A DNA stretch of 63,960 nt, filler included, from Octopus bimaculoides (lineage: Eukaryota): NCBI RefSeq assembly GCF_001194135.2. It is 6 parts of 5 records of this genome, joined end to end, with 100 filler letters (N's around TTAATTAATTAA, not from the genome) between each part and the next. Parts side by side here need not be neighbours in the genome. Positions count along the whole stretch, not along the records: positions 19,371 to 46,654 come from NC_068986.1; positions 46,755 to 61,580 come from NC_068998.1; 4 more parts are not named here. One strand, 5' to 3'. Positions 41,799 to 55,059 of this stretch are shown in pieces. The notes beneath the pieces were generated by a model. It made no database searches and was not told the origin of the DNA. It worked only from the letters and a program-made list of their open reading frames with translations. How positions within the stretch are numbered: the first letter of the stretch is position 1; each line of letters opens with the position of its first letter. A program made the position numbers and the translations under genes.

Positions 41799-43500
41799 AT
41801 ATCTATCTATCTATCTATCAATACACGCTAATGTACATGTAAATACACTTATTCTCGTGCACACATACAAATATATGCGTGTCTATATGTGATTAAAAGA
41901 ATAGCGGAAAATATATTATGGTGAAATTATCATGCTACCTTACCTCCATATTTATAAATGAAAATTTAGGCAAAGCTATTAGTTAAAAAAAAAGAAGTAT
42001 CTACGGATGGGCAGCCAAGGATACAATTTGTTATTCTCGTTGGGTTGCGGATACTAAACAAAATAGAAAACTGAGTTCCTAGCAATAATAAGCAATGCCA
42101 GTTTATTCTGCTTTATAATATGATAATACGTTCTAGAACCAAATGTTTAACTAATCAAAAAATCATTGAATGAGTATAGAAATGGATGGTGATATATGGC
42201 GGAATTATTTAAATATTTAGATGAATTCCTAACCTTCTCATACAATTCACACAACTATGGGTAATATTTATAGATTTCAGTATTAAGTGAAAATTGCTGA
42301 TATGTTATCTTCTATCCGATGAGGATGAGGCTGAGGATGCAAGAGTTTGCTGTGAAAATATCAGAAATGATGCATCGAAAGTTGGTAATAGTTTGCAATA
42401 GGTCCGTCATTTGCAGACAGAACCAATCATTCGATTCAAACATACTAAATGAATTTCTAAATGAAATAATTCCGATTTTCAGTCTTTTGAATGAGTTAGA
42501 CCTCTTGAATATAATGTACAAAGAAGACATTAGATAGTTAATAGATATTTTTATTGAATTTCCAAAGACATTTATGAGTGGCTGAATTAGCTGATCTTTC
42601 CGACAGCGTTAAATTTCCATTAAATAATAGAAATAAACATAATTTTTCAAAGTGGTAAGATATCAAAACGTAATTTCAATTTACAAAAACAAAAGTTATA
42701 ATGGTATTTTTTTTTCTTATAAATGAGATCATAAATATTCATAGTATTAAGATCAATCATAAAAACCTTTTACTCTGTCACATGTTCCTAAACTAATTCT
42801 GTAATTTTACAAATGTACCCTGAAATACAATACATATAATTTCGTGAACTATCAACGGTATTACTGGCTATATAAGTTTCCATAGATTTAATCACTAATA
42901 ATAGCTTTCAGTAACTGTCTTCCTGACTAAAAGCAGCGACAACAAATGTAGATGTTATCTGAAAGGCGATAGAATATATGAATTTATAGAGGAAGTAAAA
43001 CTGAATTTTCTGTTTCGAATAAGTTGTATCTACGGAATATGCGTTATTATATAGACTTCATATAGATAGTAGACACATTCAATATTTGCGAACAAATATA
43101 TTTTGACTTCTGTTCACATCACAGGGTCTGCATTTCTTTTGTGTTGTTTTGTGTTATTTGTATTATTTTCATTATGATTCATATATTTCTGTGCAATTTC
43201 TTTGCAAGGACAGGTGAAGAAACATTTTTAGAATTGCATTTTTGTTTGATAAACTCTCAGATGTCCAGAGATTTCGTGGTTGCAGATCTGCGGAAACAAA
43301 TAGTATACAATGAGGTTAGACTACCGCAGCGTACAGTGAGTTGGCATATTGAGCTCACCACAGAACACATTATGCAACATAAATAAATACATACATATAT
43401 GTATATACACGGACACACACAGACATACAGACTCAGACTTATACACATAGCTTTATAGATTGACTTAGATACTCGCGCTACGTGCGAATAGATATACAAT

Positions 43501-43661
43501 GCACAGGAGTGGCTGTGTGGTAAGTAGCTTGCTTACCAACCACGTGGTTCCGGGTTCAGTCCCACTGCGTGGCATGTTGGCTAAGTGTCTTCTACTATAG
43601 CCTCGGGCCGACCAAAGCCTCGTGAGTGGATTTGGTAGACGAAAACTGAAAGAAGCCCGTC

Positions 43662-43713
<52 letters not shown>

Positions 43714-43723
43714 NNNNNNNNNN

Positions 43724-43771
<48 letters not shown>

Positions 43772-43995
43772 ATGTGTATGTGTGTGTGTGTTTGTGTGTC
43801 TGTATTTGTCCCCCTAGCATTGCTTGACAACCGATGCTGGTGTGTATATGTCCCCGTCACTTAGCGGTTCAGCAAAAGAGACCGATAGAATAAGTACTGG
43901 GCTTACAAAGAATAAGTTCCGGGGGTGATTTGCTCGACTAAAGGTGGTGCTCCAACATGACCGCAGTCAAATGAATGAAACAAGTAAAAGAGAGT
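43501..43995 (+). mobile_element. SINE family A, full length
   Basis: Same head, core, microsatellite and tail layout as the copy at 24008; CpGs retained. Confidence 0.9.
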
Positions 43996-44204
43996 AAAGA
44001 ATAAAAGTGTAATGCATACAGCTAAAATATATATATTCACTGCTACTTCCATTGACATCTTCACTCACTTATGTGTATGTATGTAAAAATGCTTGCATGG
44101 TATGTATGTACATATATATTTAGAGCGAGACATATATATAAGTACCTGGGAATATTTGAGGTAGATGGAATTAAACACAGCGATATGAAGAACCAGACAA
44201 AAAG

Positions 44205-44405
44205 TGCGTACCTGCGGTGACTGAGAAAAATATTGGCTTCAGAGCTGAATGCCAGAAACACAATTTCGGTAATAAACTTGCGCGCAGTTCGGCATGGCGC
44301 TAGAATCCTGAAGTAGACAGAGGAGGAGCTGAATGAGATGGACACGAATTCGAGAAAGCTCCTAACGATGCATGGAGCCCATCATCCGGGTGCAGACACT
44401 GATCG
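44205..44405 (+). mobile_element. R4/Dong-like LINE RT C-terminal fragment
   Basis: Translation LRKILASELNARNTISVIN..EEELNEMDTNSRKLLTMHGAHHPGADTDR fits the R4/Dong motif KIL.SELN..N.I.AIN..D..TRKL.TMHG..HP..D.DR. Confidence 0.7.
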
Positions 44406-45228
44406 CTCCGTAAATCTCATGAGCCATCCTTAATTTTCCTTGAACTTTACATCTTTCTCATCTGGATATTTTTTCTTCAAGTCCTCAAACAAAGAAACTG
44501 CTTTCTCTTGAATGTTTTCTTCACATTACTAGCTGACGATTCAACCTAAAGAGAATGAAGACTTTCCATTTCTTCAAAGATTTTGCCCATTTTCTTATTG
44601 ATGACAATATACTTCATCCCTGGGGTTTTAGATTTGAAATGTGCTAAAATCTTGTCCTTATAATATCCAAACGTCGATACAATTGTCCGACAGATCCCAA
44701 AAGATCGTGCAATTGCTACCACGTTTTCAGCTTTTCCATAGCACTTTATGATAACCAGTTCATCGTCCAGCATCATAGTATGGCGCTCAGCATTTTCACT
44801 ATGAGCCATGAAGGCAAAAAAAAAAAAAGTGAATGTGAATGAGAAAGTAGCCGATAAACAGACGTGAACAAATATGAATTCAAAACTATAGCGGGTGACA
44901 ACAACACCTAGAAGTAGGTATTGGAACTATAGTGTAATATAAGCTCCGAAAGATCAATAAATAAGGCAACACAGCTGATTTCATGATTTCATTCACTGAG
45001 CTAGATTACTTTATGGTGTTTATCTTAACATTTACTGTACATATTTTAATATGACATTATATGTTGACTATTATTATTTATTTAACACGATTTTATGTGT
45101 TTTAACCGTTTTCTACTGGCGGAGAGGCGTAAAGTCGCGTAAAATGACTTGATTTTTATTTTACCATCTATTATTTTTGAAAACCGACGTATAATCGAGA
45201 AGGACTTAAGACGTGATATGCCTATATA
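44405..45228 (-). mobile_element. Tigger/pogo transposon 5' part (CENP-B-like HTH remnant)
   Basis: Translation LVIIKCYGKAENVVAIARSFGICRTIVST..KDKIL..KKMGKIFEEME, then IQEKAVSLFEDLKKK..GWLMRF. TIR-like end (ta)taggcatatcacg near 45228. Confidence 0.8.
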
Positions 45229-46593
45229 TATANNNNNNNNNNNNNNNNNNNNNNNNNNNNNNNNNNNNNNNNNNNNNNNNNNNNNNNNNNNNNNNNNNNN
45301 NNNNNNNNNNNNNNNNNNNNNNNNNNNNNNNNNNNNNNNNNNNNNNNNNNNNNNNNNNNNNNNNNNNNNNNNNNNNNNNNNNNNNNNNNNNNNNNNNNNN
45401 NNNNNNNNNNNNNNNNNNNNNNNNNNNNNNNNNNNNNNNNNNNNNNNNNNNNNNNNNNNNNNNNNNNNNNNNNNNNNNNNNNNNNNNNNNNNNNNNNNNN
45501 NNNNNNNNNNNNNNNNNNNNNNNNNNNNNNNNNNNNNNNNNNNNNNNNNNNNNNNNNNNNNNNNNNNNNNNNNNNNNNNNNNNNNNNNNNNNNNNNNNNN
45601 NNNNNNNNNNNNNNNNNNNNNNNNNNNNNNNNNNNNNNNNNNNNNNNNNNNNNNNNNNNNNNNNNNNNNNNNNNNNNNNNNNNNNNNNNNNNNNNNNNNN
45701 NNNNNNNNNNNNNNNNNNNNNNNNNNNNNNNNNNNNNNNNNNNNNNNNNNNNNNNNNNNNNNNNNNNNNNNNNNNNNNNNNNNNNNNNNNNNNNNNNNNN
45801 NNNNNNNNNNNNNNNNNNNNNNNNNNNNNNNNNNNNNNNNNNTATTAATAAATTAATAATTAATAATTTTTATCAAGCCCTTCCGTATGTAAGCACCATT
45901 ATCGGTGTGGAACTTATTTAAAAGTTCTTATACATTTATAAACAAAATTAAGGGATCAGCAACAGGTTGCTTCACCACATACCGAAGTTCAGAAATAGCA
46001 GCTAAAAATCCTGAAACTCCAACAGATAGCAGTTACCCGCAACTCACATAGGCAAAACAAGAAGAAAAATAGCGAAGAAAAATAATATATATATATATTT
46101 GTATTTATTTATTTATTTATTTATTTATGTGTTTCAGCCAAGTGGCTGCGGTCATGGTGGTGCACCACCGTGATTTTCACGTTCCTTGCATGGCTCTTCT
46201 CCCCCACCTGACATGGTTCAATCAAGAGTTTTGAATGCACATCTGGTGTATAGTATATATTGAAATGTGTGCACGCATATATATGTCTGCCTACCGTTTA
46301 ATTGCCTTTGTGTGTGCGTGTGTATATGCGTGTGAGTGCGTGTAACGATTCAATGCAGATTTGGGGTTTCTCTCTTTATTTGCAACAAACTCTTTGTTGA
46401 GTAGATGCTATGATTAAATACCATATTGAAAAGTCATGTTATATTTCTATTTATAATAATATCTATCATCTTTCCCACATACACATATATCGGTGTGAAT
46501 GTATGTATGCATGTATTTCTCGTGTCCTCTCTCTATCCCTCTTTCTGTACAAATGTACATATATATATATACTTACATACATACAAACATACA

Positions 46594-46654
<61 letters not shown>

Positions 46655-46754
46655 NNNNNNNNNNNNNNNNNNNNNNNNNNNNNNNNNNNNNNNNNNNNTT
46701 AATTAATTAANNNNNNNNNNNNNNNNNNNNNNNNNNNNNNNNNNNNNNNNNNNN
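46655..46754. other. Synthetic assembly spacer 44N-TTAATTAATTAA-44N
   Basis: 12-mer at 46699-46710. Confidence 0.9.
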
Positions 46755-46963
46755 ATATATAGTTGTTGTTTTGGGGATGTATACTCTTGCAAGCCGCAAG
46801 GTAGCCTCGTTAGTGTTGATGGCATGGAAAAAAGCACCCAGTACATGCTGTAAATTAGGATGGGCATCAAGCCATAGAAACCATGCCAAAGTTTACCTCT
46901 CAAACTATCCAACCCATGCTATATGGAATGTGTACAGTAATTAATAATGTAGATTATGTGCGT

Positions 46964-47187
<224 letters not shown>

Positions 47188-47486
47188 AAATACACATACA
47201 CATACACATACATGCACGCACACATATATTAATGTTAATTTTTGGACTATTTTGAAGTAGTTTTGAGAATACCAACTACATATGACGATCAGCATTAGTA
47301 ATTCAATGCTAACAGTAGAATCAAATTCATTATAAAAATTAAGTTTGATTTTGATTTCAGGTTTCATTTAGCTTATTCAAACATTGCTGGTTGAATTAGC
47401 TGGTAGGCAAAAATCTTGAATTCCCAGTTAAAACTTATTTAATTATGTCTCTATAACCCCTCCCCCAACACACAGAAACACACACA

Positions 47487-47522
<36 letters not shown>

Positions 47523-47750
47523 CTCTCTCTCTCTCTCTCATTGCAATACAGTGGCTGTGATATATATTGAACTAGTAACGTCTACACTTTTTTTTCAACA
47601 CTTAATTAGCTACTTTAACTGCTCTGTATTACATTCAAACGGGAAAGCTATGACCTATTTATTGTAAGGGATAAACTGAGTCAGTTTAGTTAATTTGGTG
47701 TTGAAAGGATTTTAGTTTAACACACATACATTTCTCTCTACATTTGTGTG

Positions 47751-47787
<37 letters not shown>

Positions 47788-47906
47788 TGTGTTTCATCAC
47801 ATGCAGGATTTCACATGCATTCATTCACTTGCAGTGTTAAATACTCTTACTGCGTTATATATGTGTGTGTGTATGTATGTATATGTGTGTGTGTGTGTGT
47901 GTGTGT

Positions 47907-47945
<39 letters not shown>

Positions 47946-48534
47946 GTATATGTATACATGTATACGTATATATGTATACGCACATAGATGCATACACACA
48001 TGCACATACATACAAACATGTATGTTGTATGTATATGTATGTATTTGGTGTGAAATGCCATGTTAATTGTCAATTGTCATTTCTGTGAGATTATAAAACC
48101 CGACCTGTCTGAATACTCAGCCAGAATGGGTAATCGTCAGAAATTGTACACAGGCATTCACATTAGTTTCAAACCAATCACTTCTGGGAACGTGTAAAAC
48201 AGGAAGACAATTAAGTAATTGAAGAACCAGCTGCACTCACTGTGCACTGACAGCTGGTGCATGTGTACAAGCTTCTCTAAGTAAATACATCCACATGCAC
48301 TTTACAGCAACATCATTTAACTATGCAGATAATGCCGTTGCTTTCCATCAACTTATTGAGTTGAATACAGCAACAATTGCTGCTTGTTACCTACCTAGAG
48401 CAATGACCTTTGGAAATAAGTAATAGCTGGGTCTGAGCTCTAGAGAGAGAGAGAGACAGACAGACAGAAAGGGACAAATATTTTAACTCTTTAATTTAAT
48501 TAAATTGCTAAGCATTTAAAAAATATCACTATAA

Positions 48535-48950
48535 TAGGTGCAGGCATGATTGTGTGGTAAGAAGCTTGCTTCTTAACCATATGGTTCTGGTTTCAGTCCC
48601 ACTGCATGGCACCTTGACCAAGTGTCTTCTACAACAGCCTTGGGCCAACCAAAGCCCTGTGAGTGGATTTGGAAAACAGAAACTGAAAGAATCCCATCAC
48701 ACATACACACGTATGTGTGTCTTTGTATCTGTGTTTGTCCCCCCACCATCACCACCACTTGACAACCGGTGTTGATGTGTTTATGTCCCCATAACCTGGC
48801 AGTTTGGCAAAAGAATCAATAGAATAAGTGCCAAACTTAAGAAGAAAAAAAAAAAGAAGCATACTGGGGCTGATACATTTGACTAAAAATTCTTCAAGGT
48901 GGTGCCCCAGCATGGCCACAGTCAAATGACTGAAACAAATGAAAGGTAAA
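48535..48950 (+). mobile_element. SINE family A, CpG-decayed copy
   Basis: Family A layout with CpG to TpG/CpA changes (cttgggccaacc, aacagaaact, tcccatca). Confidence 0.85.
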
Positions 48951-49109
48951 AAAGGTACGAATCACTTTCAGGAAAAAAACAAACAAAAAGAATGTCCTTT
49001 GTTAAAATTTTCAAATACTTATATTTCATTTTTTAATCAGTGTTCTTTAGATTTTGGACCATTGTGAATCTGTCCTTCTCTTTGGCACATACATTGACTT
49101 CCATCTCCT

Positions 49110-49726
49110 TTAACCCTTTAGCATTCAGATTACTCAGTCAAATGTAATGCTTGTTTATTTACATTGTTTTGAATTAATCATATATTATCTCGTACCTTTG
49201 AGATTTCAGTGATATAATTATAATATAGTTTATATAAGGGCATTACTATACAATAATGCCTCACGCTTAGAGGGACTCCATAAGTCAAAACTACTAAAGT
49301 AAGCACATTTTTACCGATCGCAAGGGAATGCAACTTTCAGAACTAACCTCCTAAAAACTTTTAACTTAATGGTAAACCACTGGTTTCATAACCAATGTAG
49401 CAAACTCCCTCGCGATCGGTAAAAATGTGCTTATTTTAGTAGTTTTGACTTATGGAGTCCCTCTAAGCGTGAGGCATTATTGTATAGTAATGCCCTTATA
49501 TAAATTAAATTATATATATCTATGGAAAAAAATGATGTTTTTTTTTCCTTATGAGGTTTTTTCACGCTAACTACTTGATAAATTCTTATAAAGTATTTAT
49601 CCTAATATTATATTATGAATAATTATAATATAGGGTAGGTGTGCAAGATTAGATCTAGCTGGTTTGAACCCAAAATAGGCAGAATATTTGGACCGGATGT
49701 GGCTGGTTTGAATGCCAAAGGGTTAA
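49110..49726. mobile_element. piggyBac-type non-autonomous element (MITE) with TTAA target duplication, carrying a nested insertion
   Basis: TTAA|ccctttagcattc ... gaatgccaaaggg|TTAA. Confidence 0.8.
49229..49618. mobile_element. Fold-back insertion (99-bp inverted arms plus unique tail) flanked by a 15-bp direct repeat
   Basis: Arms 49229-49327 and 49406-49504 (2 mismatches by eye); ataattataatatag at 49214-49228 and 49619-49633. Confidence 0.75.
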
Positions 49727-50419
49727 ACTGGCTCTGTCACTTCTACTCCCAAATAAATGTACTTGATATTATAATCTTGTCTTTGTCTCACTCCCTTCAC
49801 ACTGTATGTGTGCTTGTGTCTGTGTGTCAATTTTTTGAAATTTAAATCTATTTGAAACCAACCTTGGGTCACTAACATGAAAATCACTCCTTTTATAGTA
49901 CTCATATTTTCTAATCCACCAATCAAAAGTTTATTTAAAACCTTTGATTCAACAAACAAATCATAGAGTTTATTGAGGGCTCTTTTCTCTTACACTATAC
50001 AAGACTGGCTCACTAGTGGTTGTGCTTCAGTAAAAGGTACCCATTACATTCTGTAACATGAGTAGTGACAACAGATTTGAGAAAATCTTTGTTATGTTGA
50101 AGACATGATAATCACTCTAGTGTTGGTACCATCACTATACATTGGAAAGTGGTTTGAAAACAAGAAAAGACAATGTAGGGTTGAGAGGATATTTTAGGTT
50201 TGTTAAGATCATGACATCCTCTTCAGTGTTGGCACCATGATAAAATGTACCCATTATGCTCTGGAAAGCGGTTAGTGGTAAGAAGGGTATCCAGTCATAA
50301 AAACAAAGTCAAAAATCAAATGTACAATTGAGACATGGCCCTTTAGTCTTTCTAGGTGGCAGTAGCTCCAAATGAAAAGTATTTTGGATCATGACAATCT
50401 TTCTAATCCTTGCCAGCAT

Positions 50420-50660
50420 GAAAACCATCATCACCATCATCATCATCGTCATCATCAACATCATCATCATCTTCTTCTAACATCTGTTTTCCATGCTGGC
50501 AGTTTGACAGGGTCCAGTGAGCTATAGTGCTGCATTGTACCCCATGTCAGCTTTGATATGGTTTCTGTGGCTGGATGCCCTTCCTAATGCCAACCACTTT
50601 ATAGTGTGTACTGGGTGCTTTTTTGTGCTACTAGCACTAGTGGGATTGCCAAGTAACTTG
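50420..50660 (-). mobile_element. Old RTE-type 3' tail
   Basis: (CAT)n..aacatctgttttccatgctggc..ctggatgcccttcctaatgccaacc. Confidence 0.65.
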
Positions 50661-52449
50661 CAAGACAGGAAAGAAGAAGAAAAGGGGGAAAGGGTGAATA
50701 AAAAAGCCTCCTTGATGAAGTGACAGAATATTTGAGGGGTTAGAGAACAGATTTTTATGCCAGGTACAAGCAGTGGTGTCTTGCTATGGAGAAAATACAC
50801 CCTGCAATTATATAAGGGTAGGAGGGAAGGAGTATCTGGGAATGGTGATGATGGTGATAATGCTTTCTAGATCAGTTGCTAAATCTCAGTAAATACTTAA
50901 TTTTTTTTTCAAAATTAATTGAAATACCTTGGTGGTATATTTAATTAGAAATATAGTTACAAAGGGTTAACTCTGAACTTAACTATAACCACAATCTTCA
51001 CAACTTATCTGAACTCCCTTACTGCCATATCTATTTGCTCCTGCTTATTTCTAACAACCAAATCCTTTTACTGACCCAAGTTTCTCACTCAGTATTCTAA
51101 TTCCTCCCCACAAGCTACACCCCAAATAAAATAAGTACCTGTTGTGCACTGGCGTCAATTTAATTAGTAAATAAATTAAATTAAAAATTATTTGATAGTC
51201 GAATCTCTTCAAAGGTAGTTAAGGATGTACAAAATAGGTATTCAATTCCTGCATGTTGAGTAAATGGCTGCAAACCGTTTGCAGCTGTTTACTGATCTTG
51301 CTGATTAAATTTGACTTTTATGGGCAGGTAAATTTGATTAACAGGTGTAAAAGCAATAGCATTATGGATAAACACTAAAACTGAAATTCTTAATGCATCT
51401 TACCTGTTATTAAAATTATCTCTGATGTCAACCACCAACAATTTTGCCACTTTTCAAGATGAGGTACATTAATTTGAATTAATTAAAATACAGTATCACT
51501 TTCATTATCAAAATCTTCCTTGTCCGACAAAGATTCATAAATGTCAATATGATTCATCTGTAGACAAATCACTTATATTTTGTACATCATCAAAAGTAAA
51601 ACCTTCGAAGTTGGAATCGCTACGTACTGATGCCATATCATTTAAAAACTGAGATATACACTTCTCTTCAAACGTTGGAAAAACCAAGAAGTTTCAAAAA
51701 TTTCATGGTACTTTTACTTGAATAAAAGTGGGGAAGGCTTTATCTCACATTATCTCTAAGCTACAAGAATCCAATAATGTGATTTGTTTATTTTTTTAGC
51801 AATTTCATAGAGGAATTAGATACAGCTGGATTTGGCCGGTCTAAACTCCACTGGGTTAAGGCAGTGCTCCAGCAACTTGACTGAGGAAAGAAAACTCCAA
51901 ATGACCTGTCCTTGTTTTTTTTTTGTATCATCTATCTGGATGTTTTGTTGTCCCTTTTTTGTATCACCTAACTGTCTGGATGTTTTGCGTTCTTGTCCCA
52001 TTTTGTATTATATATATATATATATATATATATAGCGGCGTACGTACACTTTGGTCTCTTATATGTAAGAATATATATATATGAATACATGAGCTGTCAA
52101 CACACTGAGTGCAGTAGGTTAGCACCCTGGTAATTTATCTAGCAGTGACTTTCAAGAAAGAATGTCATAAAACTTAATAAAGGCAAAATGCTTCAGGGTT
52201 GAATGTATTCATTAATTTACATACTTGTCTGACCTAAACTGGAATAGAGCAAAACAATTGAAAAAACAAAAAGAAAACATTAAAAGTGTTGTTCTATGTC
52301 TCTCTTACTTAAAACTACATGATATTTATAAGGCGCAAGCATGGTTGTGTTCTAATAAGTTTGCTTTCCAGCTATATGGTTCTGGGGTCAGTCCCACTGT
52401 GTAGAACTTTGAGCATGTGTCTTTTTCTATACTTCTTTTGTACTCTAGG

Positions 52450-52640
52450 CACAAGGCTCAAATTTTTTTTTTTTGGGGGGGGGGTCGATTAATTTGACCC
52501 CAGTACACAACTAGTACTTAATTTATTGACACTGAAAGGATGAAAGGCAAAGTTGACTGTGGCGGAATTTGAACTCAGAATGTAAACACAGGCAAAATAC
52601 CGCTAAGCATTACACCCGGCATGCCAATGCTTCTGCCAGC
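52450..52640 (-). mobile_element. SINE family B
   Basis: Reverse complement of the copy at 59903-60120. Confidence 0.75.
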
Positions 52641-52939
52641 TCCCCACCTCCTTCTATACTTCTGGACCAAGTAAAACATTGTGAGTGGATTTGGTAGATG
52701 GAAACTGAAAGAAGCTCTCCATACATATGTGCATGCATGCATACACACACACACACACACATACATACATACAAACGCTGATGATGGACTCTCTTGTCAA
52801 AACGACACATGAGTGTTCAGCAATTTATGCTGATCAATCTGCACAAATGATTTGTTTAGTGATCAAATGTATGTGCTGTACATTAGCCCTCCCTCCATCA
52901 AATTGACATTGTTTGAACAGGTACACACACACATACATA

Positions 52940-54590
52940 CGGGAGTAGCTGTGTGGTAAGTAGCTTGCTTACCAACCACATGGTTCCAGGTTCAGTTGCA
53001 CTGCGTAGCACCTTGGGCAAGTGTTTTCTACCATAGCCTCGGGCCGACCAAAGCCTTGTGAGTGGATTTGGTAGACGGAAACTGAAAGAAGTCCATCATA
53101 TATATATATATATATGTCATTCCAGGGTGAAAAACTAGAGGTAGTCGATAGCTTCCGCTATCTGGGCGACCAAGTTAGTAGTGGGGGTGGGTGCGCTGAA
53201 AGTGTAGCTGCTAGAATAAGAATAGCCTGGGCAAAGTTTAGAGAGCTCTTACCCCTGCTGGCGACAAAGGGACTCTCACTCAGAGTAAAAGGCAGACTGT
53301 ATGACGCATGCGTACGAACAGNNNNNNNNNNNNNNNNNNNNNNNNNNNNNNNNNNNNNNNNNNNNNNNNNNNNNNNNNNNNNNNNNNNNNNNNNNNNNNN
53401 NNNNNNNNNNNNNNNNNNNNNNNNNNNNNNNNNNNNNNNNNNNNNNNNNNNNNNNNNNNNNNNNNNNNNNNNNNNNNNNNNNNNNNNNNNNNNNNNNNNN
53501 NNNNNNNNNNNNNNNNNNNNNNNNNNNNNNNNNNNNNNNNNNNNNNNNNNNNNNNNNNNNNNNNNNNNNNNNNNNNNNNNNNNNNNNNNNNNNNNNNNNN
53601 NNNNNNNNNNNNNNNNNNNNNNNNNNNNNNNNNNNNNNNNNNNNNNNNNNNNNNNNNNNNNNNNNNNNNNNNNNNNNNNNNNNNNNNNNNNNNNNNNNNN
53701 NNNNNNNNNNNNNNNNNNNNNNNNNNNNNNNNNNNNNNNNNNNNNNNNNNNNNNNNNNNNNNNNNNNNNNNNNNNNNNNNNNNNNNNNNNNNNNNNNNNN
53801 NNNNNNNNNNNNNNNNNNNNNNNNNNNNNNNNNNNNNNNNNNNNNNNNNNNNNNNNNNNNNNNNNNNNNNNNNNNNNNNNNNNNNNNNNNNNNNNNNNNN
53901 NNNNNNNNNNNNNNNNNNNNNNNNNNNNNNNNNNNNNNNNNNNNNNNNNNNNNNNNNNNNNNNNNNNNNNNNNNNNNNNNNNNNNNNNNNNNNNNNNNNN
54001 NNNNNNNNNNNNNNNNNNNNNNNNNNNNNNNNNNNNNNNNNNNNNNNNNNNNNNNNNNNNNNNNNNNNNNNNNNNNNNNNNNNNNNNNNNNNNNNNNNNN
54101 NNNNNNNNNNNNNNNNNNNNNNNNNNNNNNNNNNNNNNNNNNNNNNNNNNNNNNNNNNNNNNNNNNNNNNNNNNNNNNNNNNNNNNNTAAAAGCACCCAC
54201 TACACTCTGAGTGGTTGGCGTTAGGAAGGGCATCCAGCTGTAGAAACTCTGCCAAATTAGATTGGAGCCTGGTGTTGCCATCCGGTTTCACCAGTCCTCA
54301 GTCAAATCGTCCAACCCATGCTAGCATGGAAAGCGGACGTTAAACGATGATGATGATGATATGTGTGTGTGTGTGTATGTTTATGTGTCTGTGTTTGTCC
54401 TCCCACCATTGCTTGACAACCAATGTTGGTGTGTTTACATCCCTGAAACTTAGCAGTTCAGCAAAAAGTGATTGATAGAATAAGTACTAGGCTTAGGAAG
54501 AATAAGTCCTGGGAACGATTTGTTTGACTAAAAGCAGTGCTCCAGCATGGCCACAGTCTAATGATTGAAACAAGTAAAAGATGAAAGACG
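52940..54590 (+). mobile_element. SINE family A split by an RTE insertion in its internal (TA)n
   Basis: 5' half at 52940-53116, 3' half resumes at 54361-54590. Confidence 0.85.
53117..54360 (+). mobile_element. 5'-truncated RTE LINE (middle in N gap)
   Basis: SFQGEKLEVVDSFRYLGDQVSSGGGCAESVAARIRIAWAKFRELLPLL..; 3' UTR and (GAT)n tail at 54188-54360. Confidence 0.9.
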
Positions 54591-54847
54591 TATTATATCT
54601 TTATATCCTCTTTATTCTGTATCTCACCTCACACTGACTGACTTCTGTGATTAATGTACAGCAATTTAAGCTAGATTGTTTACAACCTCACTCTGTCACC
54701 CAGCTATCCTGATACTGATAAAGATAGACGTAAGGTGACCATTAACCCTATAAGACTAACAAATGAAAATGTCAAAATGTATTTCGCTCACTTTGCATAT
54801 CGTTATTGTATGTCTTTACATTTTACACAACTTATTTCTTTTTATAG

Positions 54848-55001
54848 ACTTTTGGAACAATTCCTTGGCAGTCATTTTTCCAGCGAGTCCTGTCAATGCA
54901 AAGTGCTTTTTACTCTCAGGTTTTGTCCTTCTCCGGCGCTCTGTTTGCTGTTATTCTTGTCATTCCTGCAGTTCTGATTGGAGCTGCTGGCATATCAGCA
55001 G
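54848..55001 (+). CDS. slc5a7: SLC5A7/CHT1-like high-affinity choline transporter exon: [51 protein letters not shown](D)
   Basis: Acceptor tttctttttatAG, donor GTAGGT; 154 nt, phase 0 to 1, open. Aligns without gaps to recalled CHT1 [42 protein letters not shown]. Not in the ORF track. Confidence 0.9.
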
Positions 55002-55059
55002 GTAGGTTTGTTCTGCACATCATTTTTTGTAATTATTATTATTCAATATTTTTATGGTG

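Noticed and set aside
47361-47402. Exon-like 42-nt segment as a missing slc5a7 exon
   Set aside because: All three frames contain stops and there is no CHT1 similarity.
52787-52820. CUGAUGA-UGGAC..GUC-AAAAC hammerhead-like string
   Set aside because: Stem II is out of register, and GAAA and stem I are missing.
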